Positions 50,801 to 60,857 of a DNA stretch of 64,000 nucleotides are shown here, one piece after another. Under the pieces are notes generated by a model. It saw only the letters and a program-made list of their open reading frames with translations, did no database searches and had not been told where the DNA came from. Position 1 is the stretch's first letter, and the number at the start of each line of letters is the position of its first letter. The translations under genes and the position numbers were made by a program. The DNA is from Planctomycetota bacterium (lineage in GTDB: Bacteria > Planctomycetota > Phycisphaerae > WQYP01), in the NCBI GenBank assembly GCA_021827645.1, contig JAKAVA010000104.1, forward strand, positions 2,840-66,839, given 5' to 3'.

Positions 50801-53800
50801 GATCTGGCCATGCGACCAGGCGAGTGACAGCGTGCGGTCGGTAAAGCGGCGGTCTCGATATCGAACGGCGAGATGGCGGCAGGCTTCTTCTGAATCGGCA
50901 GCACCGACGACAATCTCCAGCGTTACGGTTTGTTCCGGAACGATTTTGACGGCACGGCGAATGGCGATGATCGGATCCAGCACGGTGCCGTCAATGCCAG
51001 ATAGTCGGCCGGTATGGCGCAGCGCCACCGGATTGCTGACGGATCGACCGCGTCCGAGAAATACGTAGCGATCGGTCTGTGCTGAAAACGGGAGGGAATC
51101 ATCATCGCGTACAAAAAAGCTCTGAAACATCCAATGGGTCGGCGCACTGGCACGTCGGGGGCGCCGCGAGGCGAAAACCGTTTTCATATCTTCTGCGATC
51201 TGAGTTTTAACGAACAGGTTTTCAAATGCCCGATGGGCCAGATCGGCGGCGTGCGGTGCAAGGACGACTTCCATATAGGTGGTGAGTTCCAGCGATATGG
51301 CCTTTTTGCCCCGGTTCGTTATGGTGATGCGCCGCAATTCGACATCATCTTCGGGAGAAACCGCGACATGCATGGTCTGTTCAAGCGGGCCGTCACGCCG
51401 CTGATATTCCGCCTTACCCTCCGAGAACGTGGCGGAATACATTTTTGGATTGCTGTTGATCGGCTGATACGGCAGCGCCCAGAGTTGGCCGGAATCAACA
51501 TCTTTGACATAGCAGAATAATCCCCAAGTATCTTCCGTGCTGTCGGCTCGCCAGCGGGTAAGCGCCAGGCCATTCCAGATTGCCCGTCCGCCCCCACCGG
51601 CCGTCATCATAAGTTGATAACGTCCGTTGGAAAAAAGCTGCACCTGCGGTTCCGCCGGTAGCGGGGTGGAAAAACTTCGCCAGGCTGGGACTTCACTGGC
51701 AACCGGCAGACGCGCCTGCGCCACTTCCGTCGAGTGCGGAAATACAGGCTCGATGCGCGGCGTGCGTTCCTGAAGAAGCAATTCACCCGATTTGAGGAGC
51801 GGGTCGGCGGAAAATCTTTTCTGCATCGGGTGATCGAGTGTGCACGCCTCCAGCGACAGAAGCCCCATCCCGATATGGTGTGCCATGAAGGAGCGAATGA
51901 TCTCGGGACGGCCGGGCTCCGGTATCCGGTCGGGGGTATAGTCGATGGCTTCAAAAAGCCCGCAGCGTCCCGCTGCCCCGATCTGAACAAGGCGGCGCAG
52001 ATTGCCCACTGCGGCAAGGGGATTCACCAGCAAGGCGAGCATCGTGGCATAGGGCGCAATGACCACATCTTCCGAGAGACGGCGGCGATATCCAAGCCCA
52101 GGCACACCAAACGCCTTGTATTGATAATTCATTTGTGCATCGGTCAGGTTATAGCCCGATTCAGAAACACCCCAGGGGATGGATCGATCGCGGCCATAAT
52201 CGATATTGCGTTCAACAGCCGCCTGCATGCTTTGGTGCAGAAGGGTCTGCGGATAGCTGGGCATGACGATGAGCGGCATGAGATATTCAAACATGGATCC
52301 GCTCCAGGAGAGCAGTGCCGCCTTGCCGCCGACCGAGGTCAACTGGCGGCCCAGTGCAAACCAATGTTCACGCGGAAGTTGTCCCGACACAATGCCGACG
52401 TAACTGGCCAAACGAGCCTCGGACGCGAGCAGATCATAATAACCGTCATCGGTCTTATTCTGATCTATATTAAATCCGATGGTCATCAGCTTGCGGGTCG
52501 AGTTATACAGAAATCGGAAGTCCATGTCGGCCAGATTGCCGCACTGAAGGCACAGGTGATCGATCAGACTGATTCGGGACCTGACGGCGTTATACGCCTG
52601 TGTCGCCACCGCACAAACAATTTGACATTGGCCCCGCGATGCATCATCACGGCAGTGATTCATGATATTTTGCAACTCGGAGGTCACTGTGCCCAATGCT
52701 GTGAGCATGTCCTGCAGGCTGCTGCGGGGTGAAATGGATTCGACCCGCGCCATGGCGACCAGCGCCTCCGGCGGCAGCCCCGCCTTGACAGCTTCCAATT
52801 GCTCGGGTGGCCATGTCAGCCAGGGCATCAGTTCGCACATCTCATCCGCCACGTCGTGAATCTGGGTCTGAGCCGCAGCGGCGTACCAAGCGGCATCGGC
52901 ATCTGTGGTCGCCGCTGAAACCGACTTTTGGAGAGAATCAACGGACTGCCGCAATACCTTCACCGCCCGCCATATGGCGGCGGTATGGGTCGGACTGATA
53001 TGCTGGGCCGCAGTGATCCAATCGTCAATTTCGTCAAGGGTGCTGAAGAGGGCATTCCGGCCGGACGCGTCGGATATGTTAATTATTTCCACCACCTCCC
53101 GAAGCGCGCTGAGCGTATCGTGAAGTCCGTTGAAGCATTGGGGTGATTGAGTCGGCTCGCGCAGAATGCCAATCAGACCGGATCGAAGCACGAACAGATG
53201 TCCGGCTAGGTTTCCACTGTCGACGGTGGAAACGTAGCGGGGATTGAGCGGTTCCAATGATTGCGTGTCATACCAGTTCAGGAAGTGACCGCGATAACGG
53301 GTGAGCTTTTCAAGCGTGTCAAATGTGTGAGCGGTGCGATCGAGCAGTTTTAGCTGCGTGATCCAACCAAAGTCAAATGCGGCGAGATTCGCCAGCAGGG
53401 CCAGGCCGATATTGGTGGGGCTGGTTCGGGGTGCCACGGTTAACTGCGGAATCTCCTGAACATTATCGGGGGGCAGAAAATTGGTTTTCTCATCTACAAA
53501 TTCCTCAAAATAGCGCCAGGTTTTGCGGGCCATCGTGCGGAGAAATGTAATATCCGCAGGCGATATTGGACTCGGTTGCTCCCCGATAGGCCGGGAAAGG
53601 AGCCAGGCCATGAATGGAGCAGCAAGCCAAATCACCACCAGTGGCAGCGCGGCCGGAAGAGCAATGGGGCGCTCCGAGATGACAAGTAACGTGGCTGCAA
53701 TAGTCAAGAGAATAGCGCCGACAAATGCCTGCAGAAATGGGGCCAGATCGGTCGATCCGGTTCTCAGCACGTGCCGACTTGTCTGCCACTGCAGCCGATG

Positions 53801-56632
53801 ATGGCCGGAGATCAAAAGCCGGTAAAGGCTGCGAGCACTCGCATCAAGACTGGTGAGCGCCTCGACCGGGAGCATCATGAGCCCGACGGCGGATTGACCC
53901 AGTATTTTTAATATGCGCCAGGCGGAATCGTGCAGGTGCATTCCCCAGGGAACGGTTTTAGATTTGGCGGCGGTGGAAAGGACGCCGGCCAGAAGTGCGG
54001 GGGCAATGACCAGGATCACCAGCGTAAGCGTTGCCCACGCCGGATCGGCGGTCAGAGTCCATGTCATGATGAACATGGCCACAGTAGCAGCCGGGACAAG
54101 ACTGCGCCGAAGATTATCGAAGAGTTTCCATCGGGCCAATGGATTGACCCTGACGAGAGGCTTGCCCGCAGGCCCGGGAGGCGTAAGGCCTGCCACCCAC
54201 GGCAAAAGCTGCCAATCACCACGCACCCAGCGGTGGCGGCGTCGAAGTTCGGCCAAAATTGTGGGGGGATGATCTTCAAGCACCATGATGTCGCTGACCA
54301 GCCCCGCACGCGTTAAGGAACCCTCAAGCAGGTCGTGACTCAGGACGATATTTTCCGGCAATCGCCCGGCGAGAAGTTTGTGGAACGATTCCACATCAAT
54401 CATCCCCTTGCCGATGAATGATCCTTCGCCGAACAAATCCTGATAGACATCCGAAACCGCCCGAGTGTACGGGTCGATGCCGGGCTCGCCGGAGAATAAT
54501 CGGGCGAAGAGCGATTCGCGGGAGGAGGTCAGGGTTGTGCTGACGCGCGGTTGAAGAATGGTGTATCCACGGATAACCCTGCGCCGGTGCGGATCGTAAA
54601 TGGGTCGGTTGAGGAGATGGGCGGCGGTGCCAATCATCTCGGCGGCGGTACCGCTTGGCAGTTGCGTGTCGGCGTCGAGGGTCAATATGAATTTCCATTG
54701 AGCCATGCGATCAGGAGCTGCGATCACTTTGACGAATGCGTCGGCATTTCCCTCAGCGATGAGGTTGATGAAGTCCTCAAGCTTTCCACGCTTGCGCTCC
54801 CGCCCCATCCAGACCTTTTCCGATGCATTCCATGTCCGCGGCCGATGAAAGAGGCAGAAGGGCTGATGATCCGGGCGACCGTAGCGATGATTGAGAGCAT
54901 CTATTTTTTCGATCATCTGCCCAAGGAGTTTTTCATCGTCCGGATGTGATTCTTCGGTGTGGTCAACGAAATCCGAGAGCACGGCGAAGGAGAGACTCGG
55001 ATCCCGGTTGGCGAGATATTTGATCTCTAATGATTCTGCGAGTTCGGCAATTTCTGCCGCATCGGTGATCAGACAGGGTATGACCACACACGTACTGTGC
55101 TGGGGATCAATTCCCGATTCGTAATCAAGCCGTGGAAGAATTTTCGGACTGATGATCCGCGTGAGGAAATAGTTGGTAATCGAGACGGCACATTGCACCG
55201 CCACCATCGCCATAACCACCGACAGGGTAACGGTGGTCCCGATCGGCAGCATGGTCATAAATCCAAGCCACCACGCCGCGGTGATCGCCGCCGCAATGAC
55301 GACCACGGGGAAAAGATAACTGAAAAGGGCGAAGCGATGGATGATCCGGCTCAGTGAATCCGAGGTGCGGGGGCGAACGTGCAGCCGGCGTTCAAGCTGC
55401 CGAATACCATCATCAAGCAGATACCAGCCGACATGGGATTGGACCTTGCCCATTGGAGTATCCGCGCTATTGCTGCGAGCCACTTCGAGCACGGCCTCGG
55501 CCACCCGATGCTCGGGTATCGCGGCCCGTCGGGCGAGTTGCTCCACCGTATGCCGGGCTCGATCGCGCGTCGCAAAGTCGCATTTGGCATAAATTTGGGC
55601 GGGGTCCTGCCGCAGAACATGCTCCACCATGCTGTGGCGTTCAACAAATTTTCCCCAGTCGGTGGCATCCAGAAACCGGAAACTGGCAAAACAATTGCCC
55701 ATGGATACCTGATCCGCGGCCTGACGCTGGCTTTCCAGGACGACCATGCGTTCAGGGGTTTCACTTTTACGCGCCAGTGATTGCGATATCCACTCGAGCA
55801 CCACATGCAGCGATGCATGCTGGCCGTGGAGGCGGCGCATGAATTCAGCAACAAATGCACTTTCCAGCGGTGGCTGCGATTCCACCAGCGCTGAGAGCGA
55901 GACAATCACCTGATCCGGACCCGCCTCGGCGGCTTCAATCAGGCGATCAGCCCATAGATTGGCAAGATTTCGCTCTTTGCGGGCTTCATAGATCATGCCG
56001 GAAACCCGGCGGAGGTTTTCAATTAATCCAACCCGCAGCATGATGGGTGCGGCCCAGAGTTCGCCGAGGCTCAGCGGTGCGGCCTGCTGATAAGAGAAGA
56101 TAAAACGATCCAGCGCTTCAATGTCCACCCGGCCGTCGAGATGGCTGATCAATTTGAGCATCATGTCGAAGATGCGCGGGACGGGCGGGTCACCATTCAT
56201 ATGGGGCAACTGCCTGCAGTAGCGGCGTGGAAAATGCTCTTTGATGAGGTGCAACTGCTCCTGCACCACATAAAAATTATCAATCAGCCATTCGGATGCA
56301 GGCGATATGGCCTGATGATGCGCCGCAGCGTCGGTAATCAGATCGTGGGTTCGGGTAATAACACTTTCATTTTCATGCACGCGCAGCAGCAGCCGGTCGG
56401 ATGACGATCCGTCCGCGACCGAATGAGTCTGCCCCATCTTAAAGGCGAGGTCGCCGAGTTGTTCGATGGCCAGCAGAGGCAGTCGAAGAGGTTCCTCGCG
56501 CAGTTCCGCCGATTTTTTGCGATTTAACAACCGCGTCCAACGCCTGGATTGAAATTCGGCTTTTGGCATTTCCAACTTAAGCCACCTTCCCTGGAAGTCT
56601 GGCCCTATCGTGGCCGCCTTGCAGGGAGCCAA
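47795..56632 (-). CDS. cgs: Giant (2945 aa) cyclic beta-1,2-glucan synthase-like protein (Cgs/NdvB/ChvB family): membrane GT84 glycosyltransferase core plus C-terminal GH94 domain
   Basis: Multiple TM segments; LTLDADTQLP (DxD-type), WMGRERKRGKL and YQDLFGEGSFIGKG typical of the GT84 core; C-terminal GDWNDGLN (GH94 catalytic motif); length matches NdvB/Cgs (~2.8-2.9k aa). Confidence 0.75.
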   Translation of the reverse strand: MAPCKAATIGPDFQGRWLKLEMPKAEFQSRRWTRLLNRKKSAELREEPLRLPLLAIEQLGDLAFKMGQTHSVADGSSSDRLLLRVHENESVITRTHDLITDAAAHHQAISPASEWLIDNFYVVQEQLHLIKEHFPRRYCRQLPHMNGDPPVPRIFDMMLKLISHLDGRVDIEALDRFIFSYQQAAPLSLGELWAAPIMLRVGLIENLRRVSGMIYEARKERNLANLWADRLIEAAEAGPDQVIVSLSALVESQPPLESAFVAEFMRRLHGQHASLHVVLEWISQSLARKSETPERMVVLESQRQAADQVSMGNCFASFRFLDATDWGKFVERHSMVEHVLRQDPAQIYAKCDFATRDRARHTVEQLARRAAIPEHRVAEAVLEVARSNSADTPMGKVQSHVGWYLLDDGIRQLERRLHVRPRTSDSLSRIIHRFALFSYLFPVVVIAAAITAAWWLGFMTMLPIGTTVTLSVVMAMVAVQCAVSITNYFLTRIISPKILPRLDYESGIDPQHSTCVVIPCLITDAAEIAELAESLEIKYLANRDPSLSFAVLSDFVDHTEESHPDDEKLLGQMIEKIDALNHRYGRPDHQPFCLFHRPRTWNASEKVWMGRERKRGKLEDFINLIAEGNADAFVKVIAAPDRMAQWKFILTLDADTQLPSGTAAEMIGTAAHLLNRPIYDPHRRRVIRGYTILQPRVSTTLTSSRESLFARLFSGEPGIDPYTRAVSDVYQDLFGEGSFIGKGMIDVESFHKLLAGRLPENIVLSHDLLEGSLTRAGLVSDIMVLEDHPPTILAELRRRHRWVRGDWQLLPWVAGLTPPGPAGKPLVRVNPLARWKLFDNLRRSLVPAATVAMFIMTWTLTADPAWATLTLVILVIAPALLAGVLSTAAKSKTVPWGMHLHDSAWRILKILGQSAVGLMMLPVEALTSLDASARSLYRLLISGHHRLQWQTSRHVLRTGSTDLAPFLQAFVGAILLTIAATLLVISERPIALPAALPLVVIWLAAPFMAWLLSRPIGEQPSPISPADITFLRTMARKTWRYFEEFVDEKTNFLPPDNVQEIPQLTVAPRTSPTNIGLALLANLAAFDFGWITQLKLLDRTAHTFDTLEKLTRYRGHFLNWYDTQSLEPLNPRYVSTVDSGNLAGHLFVLRSGLIGILREPTQSPQCFNGLHDTLSALREVVEIINISDASGRNALFSTLDEIDDWITAAQHISPTHTAAIWRAVKVLRQSVDSLQKSVSAATTDADAAWYAAAAQTQIHDVADEMCELMPWLTWPPEQLEAVKAGLPPEALVAMARVESISPRSSLQDMLTALGTVTSELQNIMNHCRDDASRGQCQIVCAVATQAYNAVRSRISLIDHLCLQCGNLADMDFRFLYNSTRKLMTIGFNIDQNKTDDGYYDLLASEARLASYVGIVSGQLPREHWFALGRQLTSVGGKAALLSWSGSMFEYLMPLIVMPSYPQTLLHQSMQAAVERNIDYGRDRSIPWGVSESGYNLTDAQMNYQYKAFGVPGLGYRRRLSEDVVIAPYATMLALLVNPLAAVGNLRRLVQIGAAGRCGLFEAIDYTPDRIPEPGRPEIIRSFMAHHIGMGLLSLEACTLDHPMQKRFSADPLLKSGELLLQERTPRIEPVFPHSTEVAQARLPVASEVPAWRSFSTPLPAEPQVQLFSNGRYQLMMTAGGGGRAIWNGLALTRWRADSTEDTWGLFCYVKDVDSGQLWALPYQPINSNPKMYSATFSEGKAEYQRRDGPLEQTMHVAVSPEDDVELRRITITNRGKKAISLELTTYMEVVLAPHAADLAHRAFENLFVKTQIAEDMKTVFASRRPRRASAPTHWMFQSFFVRDDDSLPFSAQTDRYVFLGRGRSVSNPVALRHTGRLSGIDGTVLDPIIAIRRAVKIVPEQTVTLEIVVGAADSEEACRHLAVRYRDRRFTDRTLSLAWSHGQILLRQLGAGSGDAQLFSELAGALIYPRSRFKANADLILANRRGQSGLWAMGISGDLPIVLLRVTGEQNLSLVRQMIQAHAYWRQKGLSVDLVIWNQDASNYRQNLSDAITSIAASGPGAQWMDKPGGIFIRRSDLIAEEDRRLLQAAATISMSDVAGTMVEQSEATGTTSLTPLPLVPVLQPVKDADQPLGRRPDLNDFNGIGGFTRDGREYVMQLRPNILPPAPWCNVIAGRRIGTVVSERGSMYTWVDNAHEYRLTPWLNDAVSDLTGEALYIRDDQTGRFWSPTVGAAGAPGVSVTRHGFGYTVFESSAQEIDCEMKVFCHMDEPVKFILIKLKNRSNRTRKLTVAHYVQWVLGESAQRTAPHIWTQMDVKSGAILARNAWNLDFGTWVAFAGTSEPRRSVTGDRTEFIGRSGSVNSPQAMRFTRLLGRLGAALDPCAATMCEIQLAPQSERELTFILGAAPDEAQAKSLVNRFQSVAAAKTALEGVWWYWKRTLGTIYIESPDASLNALANGWLLYQTISSRIFGRSGYYQSGGAFGFRDQLQDAMAAALADPPILRAHLLTCASRQFEDGDVQHWWHPPTGRGVRTKFSDDFLWLPLAVARYVQLTGDTGVLDERVGFIAGPPVAEHAESWYDAPQSSPKVATLYDHAILALRRGMRDGAHGLPIIGCGDWNDGLNLVGEQGQGESVWLAFFQCVVFAEMAKVAQIKADEPTQHWCRDRIASLSRAIEESTWDGEWYTRAFFDDGTPLGSHLNAQCKIDSLPQSWATIAGIGDLQRRESALRSVERHLVDRDLRLIKLFDPPFDHPTHDPGYIAGYLPGVRENGGQYTHAAVWAIMAFALAGEVEKAWDLFQLINPINHGASAEDISTYRVEPYVVAADVYTLASCPGRGGWTWYTGSAGWMYRLLVETFMGIRVSADRLWFEPRLPAKWPAFKLHYRYCETFYHIMMEPSADRQVIVDGVPSPDGVIHMINDQRDHQVLVRFTACSAASSSAPANK

Positions 56633-57375
56633 AGGGCAGGGAATGCAAAGCGGCCGATCGGTACCCGTTTATTTTTTGCCCGCCCGGCCGGTGTTGTCAA
56701 TCGGTGGGCGCCGGAATCCGGCGGACCGTCGCCGCAGCGTGCCAGTGAGCACCACCACGGTTTTACCGACGGGCTCAGAGTGCGAGTATGCATGTTTTTG
56801 GGGCGTATGGCAAGCGTACTTTGAGTTCAGCCATCGGCAAGCCGCAGATGACCATCAAGGCCTCATTGTTTATATCATATATTTTCATTTCACAGGCAGG
56901 GAATGATAGCCCCTACAAAAGCCCAGGCACTCAGGTGCGTCCGGTCTCACCCCTCATGGGGTATGCCGCCAGGTATTTCGCAGAAAGGAAACATACAGAC
57001 TATTTTGCGTGGGCAAGTTTTAAGTTGCTGAAGTTTATGATCGTAAATCGGTGTGAGGTGGCACATCGCAGTACTCCACTGTGGGAATTAAGCATTCGGT
57101 GGACTATTTCGCCCGAATACCGTTGGGTTTATGGGCCCGCAAGTATAATAAAAATTGGTGGACCACCATTGACTTCGCTGCGACCATCAATTATGCTACG
57201 ACCTAATTGGGGGGTGTCGTCGTGCAAATTAATGTGACGGCATTAGGGTTTTAGGAGAGCGAGCAAGACCTCACCAAAGCCTTCACCTCCATTTTATTTC
57301 GGGCTGCAGTCTCATCGAGGCCGATGTGGTTTCGTCTGCACCTGAGCTTTCCATTTTTTTCGGAGGTATCGTATC

Positions 57376-58248
57376 ATGTCCAAGTCTTGTAAAAATCCAA
57401 TCTGTTCGCGCCGGTCAAAGTTGTGGATGGCTGCGGCGGCAATTGTGCCGCTGGCGGGGGGATTGTTTGCGGCCGGTACGGCGCAGGCGACACCCCAGGG
57501 CTACGTGTATTATCAGGCATCTAATTCCTACTCTACCGCTCCCAACGACGACAACGGGCCATATAGTTCTGTAATCGGATTTTTGGTCAGTGCTAATCAG
57601 TTAACGGTGATCGTACATAACACGTCCGACCCGGTGTACGACGTGTCGCAGACGGTCGGGGCGATTCACTTTCAGATTAACGGTTACACCCTCGGTTCCA
57701 ATGCTCCGAACTTGCAGGATACGACGCTCAACACGGTGAAGGTCGCAAGTGGTGGGTCATACACAACTGGCACAACCCCCTCAACTGCCGCGTGGGAAGT
57801 GCTGGCTGGCAGCGGGCCAAACGCCGGCGAATTTACGCTCGAGGCGACTCCCGCCACCGGAGCCAACAGCGGCGTCGGACAGAACGGCCCGATTGGTGAG
57901 TTCGTCATCGGCAACGCCAACAGCAACGGTAAATATTCCAACGCACTTGCGGGGAACACGGGTAGCGGCCCCGGTGGTGGCGGAACTGGCGTCGATCACT
58001 CTGGCAGTTCGATTCTCGGCCAAACCCTGCTGGCCAATAATCAGAGCTTTACCATCAACCTGCCGGGATTAACCACGGCCGATTCGATTGACACCAGCAC
58101 CATCACCGTGGATTTTGGTAATGATCCCTCCGATGCCGGCATCAAGGCCAGCCTCGACAACACCTACGTTACGCCTGAACCGGCCACACTGGCTCTCATG
58201 GGCGTTGCAGGTTTGGGATTGCTGCTCAGCCGGCGGCGCCGCGTCTGA
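57376..58248 (+). CDS. PEP-CTERM sorting-domain protein, paralog of 46952-47821
   Basis: Signal peptide; C-terminal VTPEPATLALMGVAGLGLLLSRRRRV; shared internal block (L.V.I.NTS.PV...V.F) with the upstream paralog; GGAGG RBS. Confidence 0.8.
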   Translation: MSKSCKNPICSRRSKLWMAAAAIVPLAGGLFAAGTAQATPQGYVYYQASNSYSTAPNDDNGPYSSVIGFLVSANQLTVIVHNTSDPVYDVSQTVGAIHFQINGYTLGSNAPNLQDTTLNTVKVASGGSYTTGTTPSTAAWEVLAGSGPNAGEFTLEATPATGANSGVGQNGPIGEFVIGNANSNGKYSNALAGNTGSGPGGGGTGVDHSGSSILGQTLLANNQSFTINLPGLTTADSIDTSTITVDFGNDPSDAGIKASLDNTYVTPEPATLALMGVAGLGLLLSRRRRV

Positions 58249-58293
58249 ACGGCCTTCCGCCAAATCGGCGGAAGAATTGACTGATTAACCAAC

Positions 58294-58328
58294 CCCGGTC
58301 GGCGCAGAAGCTGGCCGGGTTTTTTTTT
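58294..58328 (+). terminator. Rho-independent terminator after the second PEP-CTERM gene
   Basis: CCCGGTCGGC-GCAGAA-GCTGGCCGGG (10-bp stem with 2 G-U) followed by T9. Confidence 0.7.
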
Positions 58329-58463
58329 CAATTGCGTTTCCTACGAGTCCAGCCAAGAATCCGCAGGGAGTGTCGCGGGTACCATACTTCCATAGCAGGT
58401 CAGCAAAATGGGCTGCGCCGGTGGCAGAATTATCCAGTCTGATTTATACTCTAAAAATCTTCC

Positions 58464-58546
58464 GCGGGCGTGGCGGAATTGGCAGACGCGCTAGATTCAG
58501 GTTCTAGTGTCCAAAAGACGTGGAGGTTCGACTCCTCTCGCCCGCA
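58464..58546 (+). tRNA. tRNA-Leu (anticodon CAG), long variable arm
   Basis: GCGGGCGTGGCGGAATTGGCAGACGCGCTAGATTCAGGTTCTAGTGTCCAAAAGACGTGGAGGTTCGACTCCTCTCGCCCGCA: 7-bp acceptor, anticodon loop TTCAGGT, long extra arm, T-loop GGTTCGACTCC. Confidence 0.85.
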
Positions 58547-58723
58547 GTAATCCCCCCACTATCCCCATCAAGCTCCAGCAAAGTCGCTGAAAGTATGGTA
58601 GTTCCGGCATCGCCGAATCCAAAAGGATTCTGACGGCGGAGGGATCACGAAGTCTATGCACGCCTGTGGCTCAATATTTCAAATACGCAGGTATGGGGCC
58701 AGTCCTGCGGAACCCGAAAGATT

Positions 58724-60841
58724 TCAGTGGTGAAAAATCATGGGAAGATCATTAAACAGCGTGACGTACAGAAACACGCCGCCGATCAGGATCAACCCCG
58801 CAATTTGAATGCCCGCCTGTACTTTTAACGGGAGCGGCCGTCCCCGTATCTTTTCCAGCAGCAACATGACAAACAAACCGCCGTCAAGAATAGGGAGCGG
58901 CAGGAAATTAATCACTGCCAGATTGACCGAGATTAACCCCATGAAGTAAACCAGATACATAAATCCCTGCGACTCGAGCTGGTAACTCACGGCCGCAACA
59001 CCGAGCACACCGTGAAGTTGATGCGGCGAGACGGTTCCGATGGTCAGGCCACGGAGGGTAAGATAAGTATTGGTGATCCAGCGGATGGTGTGATCAATGC
59101 CCATGACCAGCGCGGTGGAGAGGCTGGAGGTTTTCTGCAATTCTGTAAGCGGATTCAGCGGCAGGGAAAGGCCGTAACGAAATTGCTTTAATGCGGTGTA
59201 AAGTGAGCCGGAATTTTTTACAATCACCGGCGACTTGAGCCCGGCAACTTTGATGGCGATCACGGTATCGGGATGCTTAAGGGCGAAATTGTAAAGCTGG
59301 AGCCAATTTTTAACCGGTGAGTAGGCCGCAGGCGACGAGCGGACGTTTGCCACGACGGCTGCACCGGTAAATGCTTTACCGGCGAGGCTGCTGAATCCGG
59401 TGTCGGTGTTCGATCGGCCGAAGATGTCGGTTCGGTACGCCGGCGTCGCTTCAATACCAAGGAAGCCTTTTCCATTGAGCGTACCGATGTGAACGGTAAG
59501 CGTATGATCGCGGCCGTTGCGACGAATGCGCATGCTGACGAATTGATCTGGGTTACCGCTTATTAAAGATCGAATCTGATGCCAATCCGGGTTAATGATG
59601 GTTCCCAGTCTCAGAATCACATCGCCGGGTTTGAGGCCGGACTTTTGGGCGCTGGAATTTGGCACGATCGCAGAAATTTTCATCAGGGGCTGATAGCCGA
59701 GGATGGGAGGAATGTGTGTGACGCCCGGCAGCGGTATCAGTGTGGGGGTCACCTGGGCGGAATATTTTTTCCCGGCGGACGACATAAGCGTCAGGCGGAG
59801 CGGACCGCCGCCGCTGCGCTGCTCCATTTGATAAAGCTGACCGTAGGAAGAGATGGGGTGTCCGTCAACCGCAACGATGGTGCTGCCGGGTTTGACTTTG
59901 GTGAGGATGGGAGCGGCCCAAGGAAGATTTTTCAATTGCCGTGGCTTGACCTTGAGCACCTTGAGCGATTCCGGGGCGGCGACGCCGAACATCAGGAACC
60001 CCGAGGATTTTGACATCTTGGGCACGATATCAACCGAACGATTCTGCCCGCCGGCTGCCGGGACATAGGTTAATTTGATCGGCTTGCCGGGTGTATCGAG
60101 AGCGGAAGCCATCTTCAAATCTGCGAATTCCAAAAATCCGAGCGGCTTGTGGTTATTGACCGCAATCACGCGATCCCCCACCGTCAAGCCGGCCTTCATC
60201 GCCGGACTGTTGTATTCCACGCCACCAATAACGGCCGGTTGAAAAGGCACGCCGATACGAAAGGCAATGACAAAAATAATAAATGCCAGAATGAGGTTCA
60301 TCACCACGCCGGCGGAGATGACGATCATCCGCTGCCAGATGGGTTTATTGGCAAACGAGGCTGGATCCGAGCTTACCTTGGTCGGATCCAGGTCATCTTG
60401 GCCGAGCATCCGCACATAACCGCCGAAGGGCAGCCACGCGATACGGTAGTCGGTCTCACCAAGAGTCTGAGGTACGACCATTTTTGCGTTTTCCCCCTCA
60501 ACCCGAACGGGAGGACCGATGGGTACGCTGCCAAAACTGAATCCTTTTCCCTTCCGCCAGCCGCAGAGGCGCGGCCCGATTCCCAGTGAGAAAACATCGC
60601 AGCGTATTTTGAACGACTTGGCCGCGACGAAATGCCCCAGCTCATGAAAAAACACGAGCACACCGAAACCGATGATCACCAGCGCCACCTGGCCCACGCC
60701 ATTAAAAAATCGCGTAAACAGATCGGCAGTCAGGAGGGGAACGAGCAGTGTCAGGAGCGTGACGGTCCCTTTGATACGAGCCGGCCGGGTGAGCCATCTG
60801 CACCTGCGATTATTTTTCTGCATGCGAAGGAACCTCATCAA
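58724..60841 (-). CDS. rseP: Site-2 (RIP) zinc metalloprotease RseP-like, M50 family with multiple PDZ domains
   Basis: HELGHF in first TM region; PDZ-like segments; LDGG-containing C-terminal TM; adjacent to dxr as in the conserved dxr-rseP cluster. Confidence 0.8.
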   Translation of the reverse strand: MMRFLRMQKNNRRCRWLTRPARIKGTVTLLTLLVPLLTADLFTRFFNGVGQVALVIIGFGVLVFFHELGHFVAAKSFKIRCDVFSLGIGPRLCGWRKGKGFSFGSVPIGPPVRVEGENAKMVVPQTLGETDYRIAWLPFGGYVRMLGQDDLDPTKVSSDPASFANKPIWQRMIVISAGVVMNLILAFIIFVIAFRIGVPFQPAVIGGVEYNSPAMKAGLTVGDRVIAVNNHKPLGFLEFADLKMASALDTPGKPIKLTYVPAAGGQNRSVDIVPKMSKSSGFLMFGVAAPESLKVLKVKPRQLKNLPWAAPILTKVKPGSTIVAVDGHPISSYGQLYQMEQRSGGGPLRLTLMSSAGKKYSAQVTPTLIPLPGVTHIPPILGYQPLMKISAIVPNSSAQKSGLKPGDVILRLGTIINPDWHQIRSLISGNPDQFVSMRIRRNGRDHTLTVHIGTLNGKGFLGIEATPAYRTDIFGRSNTDTGFSSLAGKAFTGAAVVANVRSSPAAYSPVKNWLQLYNFALKHPDTVIAIKVAGLKSPVIVKNSGSLYTALKQFRYGLSLPLNPLTELQKTSSLSTALVMGIDHTIRWITNTYLTLRGLTIGTVSPHQLHGVLGVAAVSYQLESQGFMYLVYFMGLISVNLAVINFLPLPILDGGLFVMLLLEKIRGRPLPLKVQAGIQIAGLILIGGVFLYVTLFNDLPMIFHH

Positions 60842-60857
60842 AATCTCATCATTCTAG

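Noticed and set aside
51734-52732. 332-aa ORF on the plus strand inside the giant glucan-synthase gene, plus many other 60-200-aa ORFs antisense to it (48400-55905)
   Set aside because: Entirely nested antisense to a strongly supported CDS; high GC suppresses stop codons and generates long spurious ORFs; no motifs
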